NCBI GenBank assembly: GCA_951406725.2
Contig: OX597818.1
Location: 79,050,001 to 79,114,000 of the forward strand
Length of the DNA stretch: 64,000 bases
From: Octopus vulgaris
Lineage: Eukaryota
Direction: 5' to 3'
Below are positions 58,025 to 64,000 of the stretch, piece by piece. The position numbers and the translations under genes are program-made. Under the pieces are notes generated by a model. That model was not told where the DNA came from and made no database searches. It saw only the letters and a program-made list of their open reading frames with translations. Every line of letters starts with the position of its first letter. The stretch's first letter is position 1.

Positions 58025-58981
58025 GTATATATATTTAAGTATGTGTATGTGTGTTTGTGCCCATAGATTTGCATATATGTATCTATATGATTGATAATTA
58101 GCTTTCGGTGAGAGTGCAGCTGAATATTTTAATATATTTCATTCTAGGCTATGTACATAATTGATTTCATCCTATAACATTGCATACATATTTTCTTACA
58201 GTAAATGGTACAATGATAAATGAATGTTTACTTCCATTACATGATAAGTTATATCTTCTTACTTTGTTAATAGCATGATAGAAGAACATATGAGTTTTAG
58301 AAGCAATAAACCATCTAAGATAAACTTAGGAACATTGTTAATAATATGAATATTTTTTACCAAAATATACTGTGCTGATAGATGGTAATCATGGTTTTTT
58401 ATAATCATATATAATACATTGTGAGCGCGATGAATAGATTTCTCTGAAACTAGTAGATGTTGAGGGAAATCATTGCTAATTAATTGGAATCAGCAACACT
58501 ATCTAGGGAAAAGACGGGCACATTTGTATCGACAACAGAGTTTTAACTTGAGTACAACAATCACTTATCAGCTGCAATACTACTATATGTTAAACGTAGC
58601 AGATACAAAAGATGATTGGACTTGGCAGAAATCAATATTATGGTTCTATACAATGGAATAAGCCTTCATTAGCGTAAACATTTATATATGTGGTTCTAAA
58701 CAAACCAAGTTTTGATTTGCGTTTGTTTAGTGCCCGTCAAATGTTATAATGACACATGCTTTTGCCACACTATTAACGATTTCTGAATCTTTGAGGACCT
58801 TGTGCACACGTGGGATAAAACTTTCAAGCTATGTGCCGCTGCTTCTATATACAAAAAAAAAAATGCTATATTTAAAAAATGATTATACTTCTCGTGTTCA
58901 CCATTATATACAGTACATAAATGCATACATAAACAAACACACACACACAGAAAGAAGCGAGTGCAGGCACACGTGTATATA

Positions 58982-59030
<49 letters not shown>

Positions 59031-59486
59031 TTTTATTCTTTTATTTCTTTCAGTCATTTGACTGTAGTCATGTGGGAGAACCACCTTTTAGTCGCACAAA
59101 TGGATCCCAGGACTTAGTCTTTGTAAGCGTAGTACTTATCCTATCGTTCTCTTTTGCCGAACCACTAAGTTACGTGAAGATAAACACACCAGCATCGGTT
59201 GTCAAGCGGTGGTGTGTGACAAACACAGACACACAAACACTCCCCACACACATATATGTATGGGTTTGTGTGTCTGTGTTTGTCCCCCACCATCGCTTGA
59301 CAACTGATGCTGGTGTGTTTACGTCACGGTATATACATATATAGATACGACGGGCTTCTTTCAGTTTCCGTCTACCAAATCCACTCACAAGGCTTTGGTA
59401 GGCCCGAGGCTATAGTACAAGACCTTATCCAGAGTGTCACGCAGTAGGACTGAACCCGGAACCATGTGGTTAGGAAGCAAGTTTCT

Positions 59487-60628
59487 TTATTTCATTATAT
59501 TGGCCATAAGGACTTAGACAGAGAAAGGAGGCTGCGGGCTGGACGTAGACATAATGTTATATGAAATGAAAATGAAAACGATGATTAATGGGAAAAAAAC
59601 GACGCCCGCCGATCGATTTTTTCACGAGAACATTGATCTCTTGAATATTGTTCATGAGGCAACAAACCTCTACGCTGTTCACAATATTTAATAACAAAAT
59701 TCGATAACAAAATGAGGCGCTAAGCCTCTTACTTTTCTTTCCAAACTCGGAACTTTCAATAACAATGAGGCTTTCCAATCTCTTATCAATATTCCTCCTC
59801 AAAATCGCCAGTGCCCGCATACTCCGCCATCACCCACGCTTCATTCAAGATCAAAGCGGGTGCCGTGTCGGCGTCGCCCGGGTGCAAGTGATATTCCTCA
59901 TTGAGTCCCTTCAGCCTATTCATCACGGGCAACGTTATGACTTCCACAGCTATCTGTGGAGGCCATTCGGGATCCTGTGTGCAGTCTAAAGCTGCTCCCT
60001 TATGATGCTTTTCCACCATCTTTTCTACCTCTCCGCCTCTATAGAAGAAAACCAGTAATTCGTCGCCATCCGGGGGCGGGATATCCAATTCTACCTTCGG
60101 TGGCACATTTCCCACCAACGGTGTCTCTTCCCCTGCCGGTGGCACCACTCCAACCAACGAGGTTCCGGGACATTCAGGTACTATGTCACTGACTACCGGC
60201 AATGACCCGTTTCTCTTCCTCTTCCTCTTTTTTTTCTTTTCAACTGAGGGAGGGTTCGTCTCCTCTGTGACCAGGAGATTCGCCTTCCCTTCCTCATCCC
60301 TAGGATTCTTCGGTGAGCACCCATTGTTGCTCACCTTTTTCCTCTGGCGGCCCTTACTTGAGGAGTCCACCGCCTCCTCGGCCGCCTTCATTCCCTCTTC
60401 TACAGAGGTCTCAATCAACTGCTCCAGGACCTAACTTTGTTCCTGGGCAAGTTTTTCTTTATATGGCCAGACTCCAGGCACCGATGACACCTAGGGGGCG
60501 ACCCTCAAGAATCACCGGGTACCTGCACCCGGCCATTAAAAAAAAAATCTGGAAAAAAACAGATTGGCTGATTGGGTTCAAAGGGTCAAAACAGCTTTTG
60601 ACCCAACTCAACGAGCCGCAGGGTGTGT
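59487..60628 (-). mobile_element. L1/Tx1-type ORF1 fragment with CCHC knuckle and its own 3' tail
   Basis: YPVILEGRP / RCHRCLESGHIKK / TCP across two 1-nt frameshifts (about 60440-60520), then ORF 59786-60418; no RT. Confidence 0.65.
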
Positions 60629-60645
60629 CTATATATAAATATCTA

Positions 60646-61200
60646 TATAAAACTTAGTTGGAAAAGGATGCGTGGCGTTCGATCATATAATAATATAAAT
60701 AATATATAAATATATGCATATATACATACATATATGTACACACCTACACATATATGTATATATACATGCATATATGGGTACAGGACATCAAAATAACGTT
60801 GAACACAATGAGAAACGAAAGCATAAAAACAAAAACATAGAAAACGAACTTTTTTCGAACAACGAAAATAAAAGAGAACCGAGACATGCAACATAGAGAG
60901 TAGATGAAACAGGGACAACTCATGAAGGGAATATTATTTATGCTGCATGTCTCGGTTCCCTGTCTTTTTCTTTTTTTCGTTGTCCTAAAAATAGTTCGTT
61001 TCTATGTTTTTGCTTTTATGCTTTCGTTTCTCATTGTGTCTATGCTTTTTTGATGTCCTGTACCCTTACATGCATGTATATATATATATATATATGTAGG
61101 TATGTACATATATGTATGTATATATGCATATATTTATATATTATTTATATATTATTATATGATCGAACGCCACGCATCCTTTTTCCAAGTAAGTTTTATA
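60646..61200. repeat. Nested fold-back: outer inverted repeat around a MITE-like core (60768-61073)
   Basis: tataaaactta.ttggaaaaggatgcgtggcgttcgatcatat / atatgatcgaacgccacgcatcctttttccaagtaagttttata. Confidence 0.85.
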
Positions 61201-61212
61201 TACATACATATG

Positions 61213-61298
<86 letters not shown>

Positions 61299-61309
61299 CA
61301 CACACACAT

Positions 61310-61358
<49 letters not shown>

Positions 61359-62594
61359 AAAGTATATATGAGGCACTTTCAAGTATCAAATTAGTCTACA
61401 AGTATCTTGAAAAAACTCAAAACATGCTTTATAATAGTGCCACCTATTAAAGTTCGATGTGATTTGTTTGAAGACAAATTTCTAATTCTTTTAATTTAGT
61501 TCCAATTCTTCTCAAATTTGGTGTACCGATATAGTTTTGTACGCTAATTATGGAAAGGAAGTTCTTTTTAGTCATAAATTAATAAATAAAAAAGTTTTTG
61601 TTAACTTTTAAAGTTTGCAAATTTTGCAAATTTACCAAACAAGCTGAAAATTGTAACTACTAGTTACCATAGTAACAAACAGCAACAGTTTTCGCCTCTG
61701 TGTCTTTTGGGAATGGGAACATGTGGTAGTGGTGATGGTTGTATGAGTCTTATCAAATACATAAAACATAACAAACACAAACATCATAAACGTGCACATA
61801 TACTCACTCTCATACACAACAAGTACACACACGCACTCATACAGAGATATACACATCATATACATACATCACGCGCACACATAATGACACATAGTAACAC
61901 ATACACGGAAACACTTTAACACAGATACGCAGGTACACATACATAACACGCACACATAGTGACTCGTAGATATATACATGGACACACTCTGACATACATA
62001 CGAAGTTACACACATATTATACATGTATTTTCGTTGCCTATGTTTTTTTTTAACATTTGCTATTTTCCTGCCTCGTGTATACATTTTACCTGTTCGTAAT
62101 GTTTTCCTTTAATTTTGAAATGCCTCGTTAAAATTCGTTTAATCTTTATCGGTTCATACTATTATCCCTCGCTCAATTTTCATTCTCAGTAGGAATTGCT
62201 ATTTTGACAGATGCTGTTTCCTGATTTGCTAAAAATGATCAAACTTTAAACCCTGTTACAATTTTCTAAATTTTTTCTGGAAAAAGTGATTAAAGCAAAC
62301 TGTTTTCAGTACGGAAAATTACATCAGTATATCAAATGAGAAAACTATTACTTAATTTGAAAAAAAAATTTTTTAATCTGTTTTTCAAACGGAATAAGTT
62401 CAAATCAGGAAGAAGATAATTCTTTACATGCGCCAAGCCAATCTGATATGTAAAATTAAGGATTCTCTGTGTATTATCTTGTCAGATCAAAACTATGGCT
62501 TCATCAACCTCGACTAAAAAAAAGTGTAGGCAATATAGTGTTGACTGCCTCAAGTATGGATTTATTGCTGCTCCACACAACCAACAACAACCAA

Positions 62595-62790
62595 TGTGAA
62601 GGCCCAATGGCCCAGTGGTTAGGGCAGCGGACTCGAGGTCGTAAGAACACGGTTTCAATTCCCAGAGCAGGCATTGTGAGTGTTTATTGAGCAAAAACAC
62701 CTAAGCTCCACGAGGCTTCGGCAGGTGGGGGATTTGAACCCCGCTGTACTCTTTCACCAAAACTTTTTCTCACTCTTTCTTCCTACTTCT
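62595..62790 (+). mobile_element. SINE family D, 5' part
   Basis: Homologous to 18299-18586. Confidence 0.8.
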
Positions 62791-63129
62791 ATCACAAAGC
62801 AGAGGAACCATGGTGTAACACACTATGGTGTAGTAAACTTTCACACCCTAGTCTAGATTGCGAGTCCTCTGTACCCCAGGATGGTTCAGCTATCCACTCG
62901 TTAAAAGCCACCGTTTACAGAATGAAGATAACAACGAAGCTTTCGCGCCCATGCAACCGCCAGTCTATCGCGTGTGGTGGGTGGATCTTCAAGTTGCCAC
63001 ACGCATTCTTAGTAGCTTAGAGTAGGCTCGAATTAGAGATTATTCTTTGTGGCTAATGGCGTGAGTCCTGATTGGAAGAAGAAGAAGAAGAAGAGGAGGA
63101 GGAGGAGGAGGAAGAAGAAGAAGACAACA

Positions 63130-64000
63130 ACCACTTTGTCTACTCCGTGAAAAGACTTTTACAAATGAAGTGAGGAAACCATCAAAGCTTCAAGAACACT
63201 TAAATAAAATGCATCCTGATGGAGCAGAAAAATATTTGAATTATTTTCAATCCTTAAACATAATTTTCACATGAGAGAAACAATAGGAAGTTTTTTTCTC
63301 CAGTTCATCCAGTCAGTCTAGTGATGCTTTGCGCGCTTCTTATATCATATCACTTCTCATTGCGAAGTCCGGGAAACCTTACACAATAGGGGAACAGTTA
63401 ATCTTGCCAGCTGTAAAAAAAAGTCTTGAAGACGGTCATACACAAAGCACCAGAGCCAATTATCAAAGGTATTCCTCTGAATAATAGCTCTGTCCAGAGG
63501 AGAGTTGATGAAATGGCAGAAGACGTCGAAGACCAACTCTGCACAATTCTAAAGAAAACAGAATTCAGCTTGCAGTTGGACGAGTCTACTTTGCCAGGTA
63601 ATGATTCCCTCCTCCTCGCATGTGTTCGTTTTGTAAAAGAGGAAAGTTTATGCCAAGAACTGCTCTTTGCCAGACTATTGGAAACTAATACCGAGGGTGA
63701 ATCCATTTTCAAAGTGGTCAAGAGCTTTGTTGACAAAAAGAACAATGGTGCACCATCGATGACTGGCTGTCATCGCGGCTCCAACAGTTACCTAAAACTT
63801 AGTCTACCTGATGCCTTCACGATGCACTGCGTGATTCACCGACATCTTGTTGCACGAAACCTCAGTAATCGTCTTCACAATTCCTTAAATGCGGTCATCA
63901 CTGCCGTGAATAAAATCACATCACATGCTCTGAACTCTCGCCTGTTTTAACAGCTTTGCATTCAAAGCGACGAAGACTTTCAAAACTTGCTGCTCCATAC
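63130..64000 (+). pseudogene. hAT (Buster/Charlie-type) transposase remnant
   Basis: IAKSGKPYTIGEQLILPA; IPLNNSSVQRRVDEMAED...FSLQLDEST; GAPSMTG; HCVIHR. Confidence 0.9.

Overview
AT-rich, microsatellite-saturated eukaryotic DNA; the SINE families and repeat content suggest a cephalopod (Octopus-like) intron or intergenic region, which is an inference. No host gene could be supported. The window is a mosaic of tRNA-derived SINEs, LINEs (near-full-length frameshifted CR1-type; Tx1/L1 in (ATCT)n; several Dong/R4-type RLE LINEs in (AAT)n), Tc1/mariner, hAT and Helitron remnants, and Penelope-like (PLE) pieces. The main hidden signal, found by reading both strands, is at least seven unrelated loci carrying minimal type-I hammerhead ribozymes, plus two degenerate ones. 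Most have a palindromic stem III, and two unrelated families use the compensatory U3-A8 core (UUGAAAA). They sit in (TA)n-flanked elements built as circularly permuted units of about 333, 363 and 569 bp and/or long inverted duplications, as expected for PLE pLTRs and non-coding retrozyme-like circRNA elements. All folds were paired by eye and none was computed.
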